A stretch of DNA of 64,000 bases from positions 42,762 to 106,761 of the forward strand of contig NW_027437449.1 of assembly GCF_964204645.1 (NCBI RefSeq), in the 5' to 3' direction. Shown piece by piece: positions 42,032 through 56,031 of this stretch. The translations under genes were made by a program, and so were the position numbers. This DNA is from Tubulanus polymorphus (Eukaryota; Animalia; Nemertea). Numbering within the stretch: position 1 is the first letter of the stretch; each line of letters begins with the position of its first letter. The notes under the pieces were generated by a model. The model saw only the letters and a program-made list of their open reading frames with translations. It searched no databases and was not told the DNA's origin.

Positions 42032-42749
42032 TTACACACACGTTACGGTCACCTACCACAGCACAAGAGGAATATGGTAATAGCCGGTGGTGTAACTGCG
42101 TCTGTTATCGTAGCGCCAGTTGTCGCTAGTTTAGCCGTTGGTATCGGTGTACCGATATTATTGGCGTATGTTTACGGCGTGGTACCGATATCGCTGTGTC
42201 GCAGCGGTGGTTGCGGCGTATCGACGACTGACTCCGGGCGGAGTTCGATTTGAGTTCGAACAGAACGAAGGAAGTGGCCCATCGGGGCCTTACGCCCGTA
42301 AGTACTTAAACCATACTTTTCATATAGCGCAGGGTTCGGGATCAGCTGTCTTTCTAGGTTTCATAAGAGATAATTTGATGATGTCATAGGGGGATTAACC
42401 GATAAAGCCATGTTGTCTGGTGTGGCTGCTATATAAATCCCCCTATGACGTCATTTAAGTTAGTTCAGTACTAGTATGAGTGAATGTTTATATTTGTTGT
42501 AGCTGATTCTCACAGTATAGAAACGACCAGTCACCGGGTAGCGAACCCCAGTATCGGACCTAGTATCGGTGAGATGTCTATGGCTATGACTGGCAGTCTT
42601 AGCGCTAGCGGAAACCACATCGACCGAGTCGGGATAATCCACGATGAGAGCGATCGCTAATCGGCCAGTAACAGAGCGATTGCTGGCTCCAGTTTGAACG
42701 GTAGTTTATCGGGAAGCGCCGTTGCCGGACCGAGCGGATTCGAAAACAG
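42032..42749 (+). pseudogene. RNF19A: RNF19-like pseudo-exons (duplicate)
   Basis: Duplicate of exons 2-3 with the same lesions. Confidence 0.85.
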
Positions 42750-45539
42750 GTAAGAGATTTTCCCGACTACAATCTCCAGTTGCTGCTCTATCTGTTCGAC
42801 ATAAGCCGGCTTGCGACGGCAACCCGACCCCTACCGACTCGTCGCAAGCCGTATCCGGCTAGTTGCCCGTGTTCTACTCCGGTCTACGGTAGGCCAACAG
42901 TTGCTTTCGATCGCAACTGACACAAACTGCTGTGATATGCACGGCGTTGCACCACTTTTAGTCGACGAATAAAAAACCCACAGTAGATTTGTAGAAACAG
43001 TTTCGAAGTTAAAAACTGTGGTGTTTTAAAACCGAGTTAACCAAAATCCAAGTAGGTTTTCAGCACCGTTCCCAAATCATTGATGCCGTCATGATTTGAA
43101 AGCTTGTCAAAGATTGCGGCTCAATTTACTGTGGAAATATCAAACATGTTTGAATGTTGCGATTCACCTGCTGCTGAGCAACGAACACGCTGCAAATTTC
43201 ATTGTGAAATCTGTAATTTCAGACGGTGTGGGAATAAATTCATATAGTGTTCCCTGCTCTAAGTCTGAACCAATTTACCGTTAAGTCTTGTATGAAAAAA
43301 CAATTGTAACACTGAAAATTCTTGGAACTAAAAGCATTTTGAATCTTGTTGAATCTGTTTTCATTTTTTATCTGATGAAGAAATAATGATTTTCAGTGTT
43401 TTGTATTATTTCAGATGTAGGCGTAACGCTAGAGTTTTGTTTATTCTACTCAAAAGAAGATGATGTTTAGATCAGGTTTGTTTAGTTACTCTTATTTATA
43501 TCGAATATTTACTATGATTTTTGTGAATTGCTCTAATGATGTTATAATGAATGTTGTTTGATTTATTTTCAGTCTAATGGAGGAGGATCTCAATAACTGA
43601 AACCTGCGACACGTCTACACCTGAAATTGACTGCGCGTCAAATGAATGAATTATTGATTCTAAATGACTGTGATGTTTCATGCTGATTGGAGGATTTGGA
43701 GGGATGCTCCAAGTTCAAACCCAGTGATTCTGATCAGATGATAAATCAGGGTGTCTGATATATACTGATGAATAGTTACTGCAACATGATCGCCACCTAT
43801 TGGATATCTGCTGAACCACCAAATTATTGGATTAATACCATTACGTATTCGTATTGGATTAAACTGTATATCACAGACGCCATCTATTGGAAATTTAGAA
43901 ATTTATATCTTGAGTCAAAATAAACGTGAAATGGCATTTTAGATAAACAAAAATTGTTCTCAAATTGAGTGTGAACTGTTGGTTTGATCTGAATGCAGTG
44001 GAACACAATATCTGAGTGACTGTTAAAACCCTTCCAGGATTGGCACTGTCCCCTAGAGATGATTTTGATAAAACCAATGTCTCTAGTAAACTTTGCATCA
44101 TTCAGAATCTACTCAACTAAAATAAATAAACTTGAAACCAAATTTAAGAATCTACAGGGCTTCATTTCTGAATGATTGTTGTTTAGTTTTGACTGGTGCG
44201 TTGTCATGGTGATGGCAAGGTGATATTCTGGATCCGATGTCTGGAAAAATAGTAATTCCTGAAAACAGAGCCAAATTTCATACTGAAATGAATAACTACA
44301 CTTATTTTCATCGATTTGATAACAGAATGAATTTTTAGCAAAAAAAAATTTCATAGATATTTGTTAAAGAAATAGAAAACTTGTGGATACTCTCAGCCGT
44401 GCCCCGCTGAAAAAAACTATTAGGTTAAATACGTGTTGTGAGTCACCAATTCAACTTATAAGATTATTGATTTTTTCATTAATTGGGAATAATTTTAGAA
44501 TGTTTTTCCTGCGAACTATAGCCCGGAAGTTCAGTAGAATTGCTACGTATTGCTAATTCCGTGGAATTCATTACCCCCGCTAGTAATCCGGAGCGGTACC
44601 TAAAGCCATCCGCGGCTAGAACCGTGAACTCTTTAGTTGGTGCTCGGAGCGCAAAGCCTTAGTCCGAATCGACCTCGAGCTGCGCGATCTGCAGAACTAG
44701 CATGGCGGACGAATAAATCGCAATTTTCACTTGAAATATTTAGAAGCTTCTCTTTCAACCAAGATGCGTCAGATTGTATCCAAACCATTTCAACATTGAA
44801 ATACAGTAAGTAAATTTACTTATGAATCGAATACTTGTGATGTATGAAGGTGATTCGAGATGGAGAGCGACATAAAACACTCCGGTTTAACCCCACGAGC
44901 AGCAGCAGCAATCTCTTATTCACTGATGCGTGCTGTAAAACCATCATCATTCAGTAATAATAATAATATTAATATGTGTCTTATATAGTGCTAAATCCAG
45001 CCAAGCTGCTCAGAGCGCTTTACATTTTTCGGTATTATTACCCCGGCCAATTGTAATACTCTAACATGTATCAGTCATCTCTCCCTTTTGAGAAGTAACA
45101 CCGAGCTGCTAACAAGCACTCAGGAGTCTTCTATCAGACCAGGTTCCCATTTACTCCTGGGTGGAGAGAGGCAGTGAGGATAAGTGTCTTGCCCGAGGAC
45201 ACAACGGGGATCGAACCCACCATGGATACGCGGATACCCTGGATTTTAGAGTGCTTTCTCTGACAGGTTTCTATGTTTATTTCAGGGTGATGCTCTACTA
45301 ATTAACTGCAGTCATCAGGAAGCTCAAGGAATAACTGGTATGTTTGGCGATGAAGTGAGTAATGACAATGACATATGATAAGGCTTATCGGGTGAAATAC
45401 AGGATATTGACGAATTCAAGTTCTGAAATTACTCGCTTGATGGCGCTAGTCAGAACCGGAAATTGGAACCTAAATCCACCACACGCGAGATTTTTACCAT
45501 GAAAAATGCTATTTCTCATGTGTTTATCTTGTGTTTCAG

Positions 45540-46257
45540 TTACATACACGTTACGGTCACCTACCACAGCACAAGAGGAATATGGTAATAGCCGGTGGTG
45601 TAACTGCGTCTGTTATCGTAGCGCCAGTTGTCGCTAGTTAAGCCGTTGGTATCGGTGTACCGATATTATTGGCGTATGTTTACGGCGTGGTACCGATATC
45701 GCTGTGTCGCAGCGGTGGTTGCGGCGTATCGACGACTGACTCCGGGCGGAGTTCGATCTGAGTTCGAACAGAACGAAGGAAGTGGCCTATCGGGGCCTTA
45801 CGCCCGTAAGTACTTAAACCATACTTTTCATATAGCGCAGGGTCCGGAATCAGCTGTCTTTCTAGGAATCATAAGGGATAATTTGATGATGTCATAGGGG
45901 GATTAACTGATAAAGCCATGTTGTCTGGTGTGGCTGCTATATAAATCCCCCTATGACGTCATTTAAGTTAGTTCAGTACTAGTATGAGTGAATGTTTATA
46001 TTTGTTGTAGCTGATTCTCACAGTATAGAAACGACCAGTCACCGGGTAGCGAACCCCAGTATCGGACCTAGTATCGGTGAGATGTCTATGGCTATGACTG
46101 GCAGTCTTAGCGCTAGCGGAAGCCACATCGACCGAGTCGGGATAATCCGCGATGAGAGCGATCGCTAATCGGCCAGTAACAGAGCGATTGCTGGCTCCAG
46201 TTTGAACGGTAGTTTATCGGGAAGCGCCGTTGCCGGACCGAGCGGATTCCAAAACAG
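45540..46257 (+). pseudogene. RNF19A: RNF19-like pseudo-exons (duplicate with an extra TAA)
   Basis: Duplicate of exons 2-3; agttaa replaces agttta. Confidence 0.85.
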
Positions 46258-49200
46258 GTAAGAGATTTTCCCGACTACAATCTCACGAATCACGTGGATC
46301 CCCTGAGAAAATTGGAGGAGGGCACGGCGAAGGTACGGGTGCAGATTTAGGAAAATCTCATAGAGAAGGAAGAGCAGTTCTCTGAGAAAGCAGGATTAAG
46401 GCTGACTTATGTCGACAAGCAACGCGACGCCTACCGACACAACTGGGTTTATCGCCGATTAACGGCCTACGAGAGGCCGCCAGTTTCTGCTCTATCTGTT
46501 CAACATAAGCCGGCTAGCGACGGCAACCCGACCCCTACCGACTCGTCGCTAGCCGTATCCGGCTAGTTGCCCGTGTTCTACTCCGGTCTACGGTAGGCCA
46601 ACAGTTGCTTTCGATCGCAACTGACACAAACTGCTGTGATATGCACGGCGTTGCACCACTTTTAGTCGACAAATAAAAAACCCACAGTAGATTTGTAGAA
46701 ACAGTTTCGAAGTTAAAAACTGTGGTGTTTTAAAACCGAGTTAACCAAAATCCAAGCAGGTTTTCAGCACCGTTCTCAAATCATTGATGCCGTCATGATT
46801 TGAAAGCTTGTCAAAGATTGCGGCTCAATTTACTGTGGAAATATCAAACATGTTTGAATGTTGCGATTCACCTGCTGCTGAGCAACGAACACGCTGCAAA
46901 TTTCATTGTGAAATCTGTAATTTCAGACGGTGTGGGAATAAATTCATATAGTGTTCCCTGCTCTAAGTCTGAACCAATTTACTGTAAAGTCTTGTATGAA
47001 AAAAAATTGTAACAAATTCTTGGCACTAAAAGCATTTTGAATCTTGTTGAATCTGTTTTCATTTTTTATCTGATGAAGAAATAATGATATTCAGTGTTTT
47101 GTATTATTTCAGATGTAGGCGTAACGCTAGAGTTTTGTTTATTCTACTCAAAAGAAGATGATGTTTAGATCAGGTTTGTTTAGTTACTCTTATTTATATC
47201 GAATATTTGATATGATTTTTGGGAATTGCTCTAATGATGTTATAATGAATGTTGTTTGATTTATATTCAGTCTAATGGAGGAGGATCTCAATAACTGAAA
47301 CCTGCGACACGTCTACACCTGAAATTGACTGCGCATCAAATGAATGAATTATTGATTCTAAATGACTGTGATGTTTCATGCTGATTGGAGGATTTGGAGG
47401 GATGCTCCAAGTTCAAACCCAGTGATTCTGATCAGATGATAAACCAGGGTGTCTGATATATACTGATGAATAGTTACTGCAACATGATCGCCACCTATTG
47501 GATATCTGCTGAACCACCAAATTATTGGATTAATACCAATACGTATTCGTATTGGATTAAACTGTATATCACAGACGCCATCTATTGGAAATTTAGAAAT
47601 TTATATCTTGAGTCAAAATAAACGTGAAATGCATTTTAGATAAACAAAAATTGTTCTCAAGTTGAGTGTGAACTGTTGGTTTGATCTGAATGCAGTGGAA
47701 CACAATATCTGAGTGACTGTTAAAACCCTTCCAGGATTGGCACTGTCTTCCAGAGTTGATTTTGATAAAACCAGTGTCTCTAGTAAACTTTGCATCATTC
47801 AGAATCTACTCAACTAAAATAAATAAACTTGAAACCAAATTTAAGAATCTACAGGGCTCCATTTCTGAATGATTGTTGTTTGTTTTGACTGGTGCGTTGT
47901 CATGGTGATGGCAAGGTGATATTTTGGATCCGATTTCTGGAAAAATAGTAATTCCTGAAAACAGAGCCAAATTTCAAACTGAAATGAATAACTACACTTA
48001 TTTTCATCGATATTAAAACAGAATGAATTTATTTGAGCAAAAAATTTCACAGATATTTGTACAAAACTTGTCGATACTCTCAGCCGTGCCCCGCTGAAAA
48101 AACTATTAGGTTAAATACGTGTTGTGAGTCACCAATTCAACTTATAAGATTATTGATTTTTTCATTAATTGGGAATAATTTTAGAATGTTTTTCCTGCGA
48201 ACTATAGCCCGGAAGTTCAGAAGAATTGCTACGTATTGCTAATTCCGTGGAATTCATTACCCCCGCTAGTAATCCGGAGCGGTATCTAAAGCCATCCGCG
48301 GCTAGAACCGTGAACTCTTTAGTTGGTGCTCGGAGCGCAAAGCCTGAGTCCGAGTCGACCTCGAGCTGCGCGGTCTGCAGAACTAGCATGGCGGACGAAT
48401 AAATCGCAATTTTCACTTGAAATATTTAGAAGCTTCTCTTTCAACCAAGATGCGTCAGATTGTATCCAAACCATTTCAACATTGAAATACAGTAAGTAAA
48501 TTTACTTGTGAATCGAATACTTGTGATGTATGAAGGTGATTCGAGATGGAGAGCGACATAAACAGTCCGGTTTAACCCCACGAGCAGCAGCAATCTCTAT
48601 TCACTGATGCGTGCTGTAAAACCATCATCATTCAGTAATAATAATAATATTAATATGTGTCTTATATAGTGCTAAATCCAGCCAGGCTGCTCAGAGCGCT
48701 TTACATTTTTCGGTATTATTACCCCGGCCAATTTTAATACTCTAACATGTATCAGTCATCTCTCCCTTTTGAGAAGTAACACCGAGCTACTAACAAGCGC
48801 TCAGGAGTCATCTATCAGACCAGGTACCCATTTACTCCCGGGTGGTGAGAGGCAATGAGGATAAGTGTCTTGCCCGAGGACACAACGGGGATTGAACCCA
48901 CAACCTGGCTTCCCAGAGCTGAACGCTCTAACCACTAGCCCTCACCGCAGTAAAAAGTATCAATAACATAAAGAGTGGATCGAGGCCTAAACTATTACTA
49001 TCAATACAGATGTAGCATTTGACCCCGCGGATACCCTGGATTTTAGAGTGATTTCTCTGACAGGTTTCTATGTTTATTTCAGGGTGATGCTCTACTAATT
49101 AACTGCAGTCATCAGGAAGTTCAAGGAATAACTGTTTGGCGATGAAGTGAACAAGTGATCGCTCAATTCAGGTAGATATATCTCAGGCCCTAATCACAGA

Positions 49201-52200
49201 CCTCTAGAAACCAGTTTCAGTGGTGTTTTAAAACCGAGTTTACCAAAATCCAAGCAGGTTTTCAGCGCCGTTCTCAAATCATTGATGCCATCATGATTTG
49301 AAAGCTTGTCAAAGATTGCGGCTCAATTTACTGTGTTTTGGACTGAACAAAAATTTGGCTGCAATGAAATTTACTGTGGAAATATCAAACATGTTTGAAT
49401 GTTGTGATTCACCTGCTGCTGAGCAACGAACACGCTGCAAATTTCATTGTGAAATCTGTAATTTCAGATGGTGTGGGAATAAATTCTTATAGTGTTCCCT
49501 GCTCTAAGTCTGAACCAATTAAAAAAAATTGTAACACTGAAAATTGTTGGCACTAAAAGCATTTTGAATCTGTTGAATCTGTTTTCATTTTTTATCTGAT
49601 GAAGAAATAATGATTTTCAGTGTTTTGTATTATTTCAGATGTAGGCGTAACGCTAGAGTTTTGTTTATTCTACTCAAAAGAAGATGATGTTTAGATCAGG
49701 TTTGTTTAGTTACTCTTATTTATATCGAATATTTGATATGATTTTTGGGAATTGCTCTAATGATGTTATAATGAATGTTGTTTGATTTATATTCAGTCTA
49801 ATGGAGGAGGATCTCAATAACTGAAACCTGCGACACGTCTACACCTGAAATTGACTGCGCATCAAATGAATGAATTATTGATTCTAAATGACTGTGATGT
49901 TTCATGCTGATTGGAGGATTTGGAGGGATGCTCCAAGTTCAAACCCAGTGATTCTGATCAGATGATAAACCAGGGTGTCTGATATATACTGATGAATAGT
50001 TACTGCAACATGATCGCCACCTATTGGATATCTGCTGAACCACCAAATTATTGGATTAATACCAATACGTATTCGTATTGGATTAAACTGTATATCACAG
50101 ACGCCATCTATTGGAAATTTAGAAATTTATATCTTGAGTCAAAATAAACGTGAAATGCATTTTAGATAAACAAAAATTGTTCTCAAGTTGAGTGTGAACT
50201 GTTGGTTTGATCTGAATGCAGTGGAACACAATATCTGAGTGACTGTTAAAACCCTTCCAGGATTGGCACTGTCTTCCAGAGATGATTTTGATAAAACCAG
50301 TGTCTCTAGTAAACTTTGCATCATTCAGAATCTACTCAACTAAAATAAATAAACTTGAAACCAAATTTAAGAATCTACAGGGCTCCATTTCTGAATGATT
50401 GTTGTTTGTTTTGACTGGTGCGTTGTCATGGTGATGGCAAGGTGATATTTTGGATCCGATTTCTGGAAAAATAGTAATTCCTGAAAACAGAGCCAAATTT
50501 CAAACTGAAATGAATAACTACACTTATTTTCATCGATATTAAAACAGAATGAATTTATTTGAGCAAAAAATTTCACAGATATTTGTACAAAACTTGTCGA
50601 TACTCTCAGCCGTGCCCCGCTGAAAAAACTATTAGGTTAAATACGTGTTGTGAGTCACCAATTCAACTTATAATAATTTTAGAATGTTTTTCCTGCGAAC
50701 TATAGCCCGGAAGTTCAGTAGAATTGCTACGTATTGCTAATTCCGTGGAATTCATTACCCCCGCTAGTAATCCGGAGCGGTATCTAAAGCCATCCGCGGC
50801 TAGAACCGTGAACTCTTTAGTTGGTGCTCGGAGCGCAAAGCCTGAGTCCGAGTCGACCTCGAGCTGCGCGGTCTGCAGAACTAGCATGGCGGACGAATAA
50901 ATCGCAATTTTCACTTGAAATATTTAGAAGCTTCTCTTTCAACCAAGATGCGTCAGATTGTATCCAAACCATTTCAACATTGAAATACAGTAAGTAAATT
51001 TACTTATGAATCGAATACTTGTGATGTATGAAGGTGATTCGAGATGGAGAGCGACATAAACAGTCCGGTTTAACCCCACGAGCAGCAGCAGCAATCTCTA
51101 TTCACTGATGCGTGCTGTAAAACCATCATCATTCAGTAATAATAATAATATTAATATGTGTCTTATATAGTGCTAAATCCAGCCAGGCTGCTCAGAGCGC
51201 TTTACATTTTTCGGTATTATTACCTCGGCCAATTTTAATACTCTAACATGTATCAGTCATCTCTCCCTTTTGAGAAGTAACACCGAGCTACTAACAAGCA
51301 CTCAGGAGTCATCTATCAGACCAGGTACCCATTTACTCCCGGGTGGTGAGAGGCAATGAGGATAAGTGTCTTGCCCGAGGACACAACGGGGATTGAACCC
51401 ACAACCTGGCTTCCCAGAGCTGAACGCTCTAACAACTAGCCCTCACCGCAGTAAAAAGTATCAATAACATAAAGAGTGGATCGAGGCCTAAACTATTACA
51501 ATCAATACAGATGTAGCATTTGACCCCGCGGATACCCTGGATTTTAGAGTGATTTCTCTGACAGGTTTCTATGTTTATTTCAGGGTGATGCTCTACTAAT
51601 TAACTGCAGTCATCAGGAAGTTCAAGGAATAACTGTTTGGCGATGAAGTGAACAAGTGATCGCTCAATTCAGGTAGATATATCTCAGGCCCTAATCACAG
51701 ACCTCTAGAAACCAGTTTCAGTGGTGTTTTAAAACCGAGTTAACCAAAATCCAAGCAGGTTTTCAGCGCCGTTCTCAAATCATTGATGCCATCGTGATTT
51801 GAAAGCTTGTCAAAGATTGCGGCTCAATTTACTGTGTTTGAGACTTAGCAAAAATATTTGCTGCGACAAAATTAACTGTGGAAATATCAAACATGTTTGA
51901 ATGTTGTGATTCACCTGCTGCTGAGCAACGAACACGCTGCAAATTTCATTGTGAAATCTGTAATTTCAGACGGTGTGGGAATAAATTCATATAGTTTTCC
52001 CTGCTCTAAGTCTGAACCAATTTACCGTTAAGTCTTGTATGAAAAAAAATTGTACCACTGAAAATTCTTGGCACTAAAAGCATTTTGAATCTTGTTGAAT
52101 CTGTTTTCATTTTTTATCTGATGAAGAAATAATGATTTTCTTTGTTTTGTATTATTTCAGATGTAGGCGTAACGCTAGAGTTTTGTTTATTCTACTCAAA

Positions 52201-53699
52201 AGAAGGTGATGTTTAGATCAGGTTCGTTTAGTTACTCTTATTTATATCGAATATTTGATATGATTTTTGTGAATTGCTCTAATGATGTTATAATGAATGT
52301 TGTTTGATTTATTTTCAGTCTAATGGAGGAGGATCTCAATAACTGAAACCTGCGACACGTCTACACCTGAAATTGACTGCGCCTCAAGTTAATGAATTAT
52401 TGATTCTAAATGACTGTGATGTTTCATGCTGATTGGAGGATTTGGAGGGATGTCCCAGGTTCAAACCCAGTGATTCTGATCAGATGATAAACCAGGGTGT
52501 CTGATATATACTGATGAATAGTTACTACGACATGATCGCCACCTATTGGATTTCTGCTGAACCACCAAATTATTGGATTAATAGGAATACGTATTCGTAT
52601 TGGATTAAACTTTCAAACTGAAATGAATAACTACAGTTGTTTTCATCGATATGATTACAGAATGAATTTATTTGAGCAAAAAATTTCACAGATATTTGTT
52701 ACAGAAATACAGAACTTGTCGATACTCTCAGCCGTGCCCCGATGAAAAAACTATTAGGTTAAATACGTGTTGTGAGTCACCAATTCAACTTATAAGATCA
52801 TTTGATTGTTTCATTAATTGGGAATAATTTTAGAATGTTTTATTCGAACAATAGCTCGGAAGTTCACTAGAATTGCTACGTATTGCTAATTCCGTGGAAT
52901 TCATTACCCGCTAGTAATCCGGAGCGGTATCTAAAGCCATCCGCGGCTAGAACCGTGAACTCTTTAGTAAGTGCTCGGAGCGCAAAGCCTTAGTCCTAGT
53001 CGACCTCGATCTGCGCGGTCTACAGAACTAGCCCTCCCAAGTGGAGTATGTCCCATTTAAAAGAATGATGGCGGACGAATCAATCGCAATTTTCACTTGA
53101 AATATTTAGAAGCTTCTCTTTCAACGCAGAAGCGACAGAATGTCTTCAAACCATTTCAACATTGAAATACAGTAAGTAAATTTACTTGTGAATCGAATAC
53201 TTGTGATGTATGAAGGTGATTCGAGATGGAGAGCGACATAAAACAGTCCGGTTTAACCCCACGAGCAGCAGCAATCTCTATTCACTGATGCGTGCTGTAA
53301 AACCATCATTCAGTAAAAAGTATCAATAACATAAAGAGTGGATCGAGGCCTAAACTATTACTATCAATACAGATGTAGCATTTGACCCAGCGGATACCCT
53401 GGATTTTAGAGTGCTTTCTCTGACAGGTTTCTATGTTTATTTCAGGGTGATGCTCTACTAATTAACTGCAGTCATCAGGAAGCTCAAGGAATAACTGTTG
53501 TGTTTGGCGATGAAGTGAGTAATGACAATGACATATGATAAGGCTTATCGAGTGAAATACAGGATATTGACAAATTCAAGTTCTGAAATTACTCGCTTGA
53601 TGGCGCTAGTCAGAAACGGAAATTGGAACCTAAATCCACCACACGCGAGATTTTTACTATGAAAAATGCTATTTCTCATGTGTTTATCTTGTGTTTCAG

Positions 53700-53965
53700 T
53701 TACATACACGTTACGGTCACCTACCACAGCACAAGAGGAATATGGTAATAGCCGGTGGTGTAACTGCGTCTGTTATCGTAGCGCCAGTTGTCGCTAGTTT
53801 AGCCGTTGGTATCGGTGTACCGATATTATTGGCGTATGTTTACGGCGTGGTACCGATATCGCTGTGTCGCAGCGGTGGTTGCGGCGTATCGACGACTGAC
53901 TCCGGGCGGAGTTCGATTTGAGTTCGAAGAGAACGAAGGAAGTGGCCCATCGGGGCCTTACGCCC
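53700..53965 (+). pseudogene. RNF19A: RNF19-like pseudo-exon 2, cut at its splice donor by the PLE
   Basis: Other copies continue gccc|gtaagt; here gcccg is followed by ggttaggtttagag. Confidence 0.88.
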
Positions 53966-53966
53966 G

Positions 53967-55893
53967 GGTTAGGTTTAGAGATAGAGGTTAGGGGACCAAA
54001 CCGAAGGTTTGGAGACCCCACTAGTGCACGGGCAGCGGGTTATCCCTGTAAAAAAGTAGTGAGAGTTAATTGTTGTAGTGAGGCGGTCTACGGGACGTTC
54101 ATGCCTCGGGGCGTGTTCGTGTCGAGTCGTCGTATCCAGTCTTGTTCGGCTGCTTCGCGGATCGGTCTCGTGGAGCCTGGTAGGTGTTGGAGACCGTACA
54201 CCCGAAAGTGTTCGCGGGTGTGGTCGACTTGGTTGAAGTGGTCCGAGACTGGAGTCGAATTCTTCGTTCTGATGCGTGAGACGTGATGAGTGACGCGTTC
54301 TCGTAGAGACATTCCGGTTTGGCCGACGTACAGCATGTTGCACTTGGTGCATTCGATGCAGTATACAATTTCACGGGTCGCGCAATTAATTGTGCTGCGG
54401 ATCGCGTGCATTTTGTTGTGGCTGCGGCAAACGGTTGTTTCTCGGACGAGTGGACACGTACGACATCTCGGTGTTCTGCATTTCTCGGTGCCTCGACGTC
54501 GGGTTGACGGAGTTCTTTGAGTAGACCTGGAAATAGAAGAATTGGAAACAACGGAAGTATTTCTGTTACGATGTGGTGAAGAGGGGACTCGGGGAGGGGG
54601 TGGCTCCGTGGGTTTGAGCTGCGACGAAGTAAGGAGATCTTTGAGACTCTTGTGCTTGGTGTAGGCGGTGACCGTGGTTACCTCGTCAGACCGGCCGGTG
54701 GCCGTAGCCAGTTCCGTAAATCTGGTTCGGATGTTACGGGCTAGGGTTCGGTTGGCTTCGGAGTGAGGTAAGATAAGCGGTAAACGCTTTTTCGGCGGTT
54801 CGTCGGCCCGTTGTTGTTCTCGTAGATCTCGTTCGGCGTGGTGCCGTAGAGCTTGGCTTTTGATGTGTCGCAGTTCGCGGTCTTTGTAGCCACGACCTCT
54901 GAGTACTTTAAGGACGGTTCCGGACGCTGCGTGTAAGTCCGAATCGTTATTGCAGATGCGCCGGAACCGGAGAATTTGACTTTTAACTATACCGGAAAAT
55001 GTGTGTTTAGGGTGAAACGAGGATCGATGTAGTAATTGATGCGAATCGGTTGGTTTGAAGTAGACTTTGGTGTCTACTGTGCCACTTGTCTCGAATCGCG
55101 GGCCTTTGAAAGTGGTTACGTCCAGGAAGTTGACGCTGGTGTCGCTGATTTCGAACTTGAGTTTGATGGATCGGCTCACTGTTTGTAGGACGTCGATGAA
55201 TTGCATCAACGTTTCGCGGCCGTGTTCCCAAACTATGTAGATGTCGTCGATGAACCGAGCGTATAGCGATGGTTGGAGTTCGCTTCTGGACAGACCTTCT
55301 TTTTCCCATTCGGCTACAAAGATATTGGCATAAGAAGGAGCAAAACGCTTACCCATTGCGGTACCTTTTACCTGTAAATATGTGTTTTCGTTAAAGTTAA
55401 AGTCATTTTTCTTCAGGCTGATTTCGAGTAGTTTCAGCAGCTCGGCATCCGGGCGTCCCGGGTTTGGGTTATCTCGGAGAGCTTGTCGGATGCTGGCGAT
55501 ACCCTCTTCGTGGGGGATGTTGGTGTAGAGCGAATCGATGTCCATGGTGACGAGTAACGCATCGGCGCTAAATTGTTTACCGGCCAAAATATCTAGAAAG
55601 TGGTTGGTATCTTTGACGTACGACGGGTGACCGCGGGCGATCGGCTGCAAATAGTAGTCGATCCATTCCGAAATTTCGTAGGTTTCGGAGCCGCAGTCGG
55701 AGACGATCGGTCTCCCCGGCGGTACGCGATCGGGTACCGTCCACTTCTCGCGTTCTTTATGGATTTTGGGAAGCAGATAGAACTGCCTCTGTTTCGGATT
55801 ATCGGGCGGTAATAGATATTCGGCGGTTTTTAGCGGGATGATTTTTCGTCGAGCCATATTTTCGATGATTTCGCGAATTTCTTCCCCGGTCTG
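53967..55893 (-). mobile_element. 5'-truncated Penelope-like retroelement (copy 1)
   Basis: Near-identical to 55911-57837 (offset 1944); truncated at the RT N-terminus (QTGEEIRE). Confidence 0.95.
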
Positions 55894-55912
55894 GCTAGGG
55901 TTAGGGTTAGGG
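55894..55912 (+). repeat. Telomeric-repeat linker capping the truncated copy
   Basis: gctagggttagggttaggg between the two copies. Confidence 0.9.
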
Positions 55913-56031
55913 TTAGGTTTAGAGATAGAGGTTAGGGGACCAAACCGAAGGTTTGGAGACCCCACTAGTGCACGGGCAGCGGGTTATCCCTGTAAAAAAG
56001 TAGTGAGAGTTAATTGTTGTAGTGAGGCGGT

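Larger units (their letters stand above)
25380..53966. repeat. Subtelomeric mosaic of shuffled duplicated modules (about 10 copies of the core module)
   Basis: 'cacttgaaatatt...ttgaaatacagtaagtaaatttac' recurs near 25500, 26190, 28730, 30145, 33255, 35495, 44730, 48415, 50915 and 53095; duplicated short ORFs in the track. Confidence 0.92.

Noticed and set aside
55894-55965. N-terminus MGSPNLRFG...PNPNP of the 625-aa ORF
   Set aside because: Chance read-through from the 3' UTR of the distal copy and the telomeric linker into the truncated ORF2
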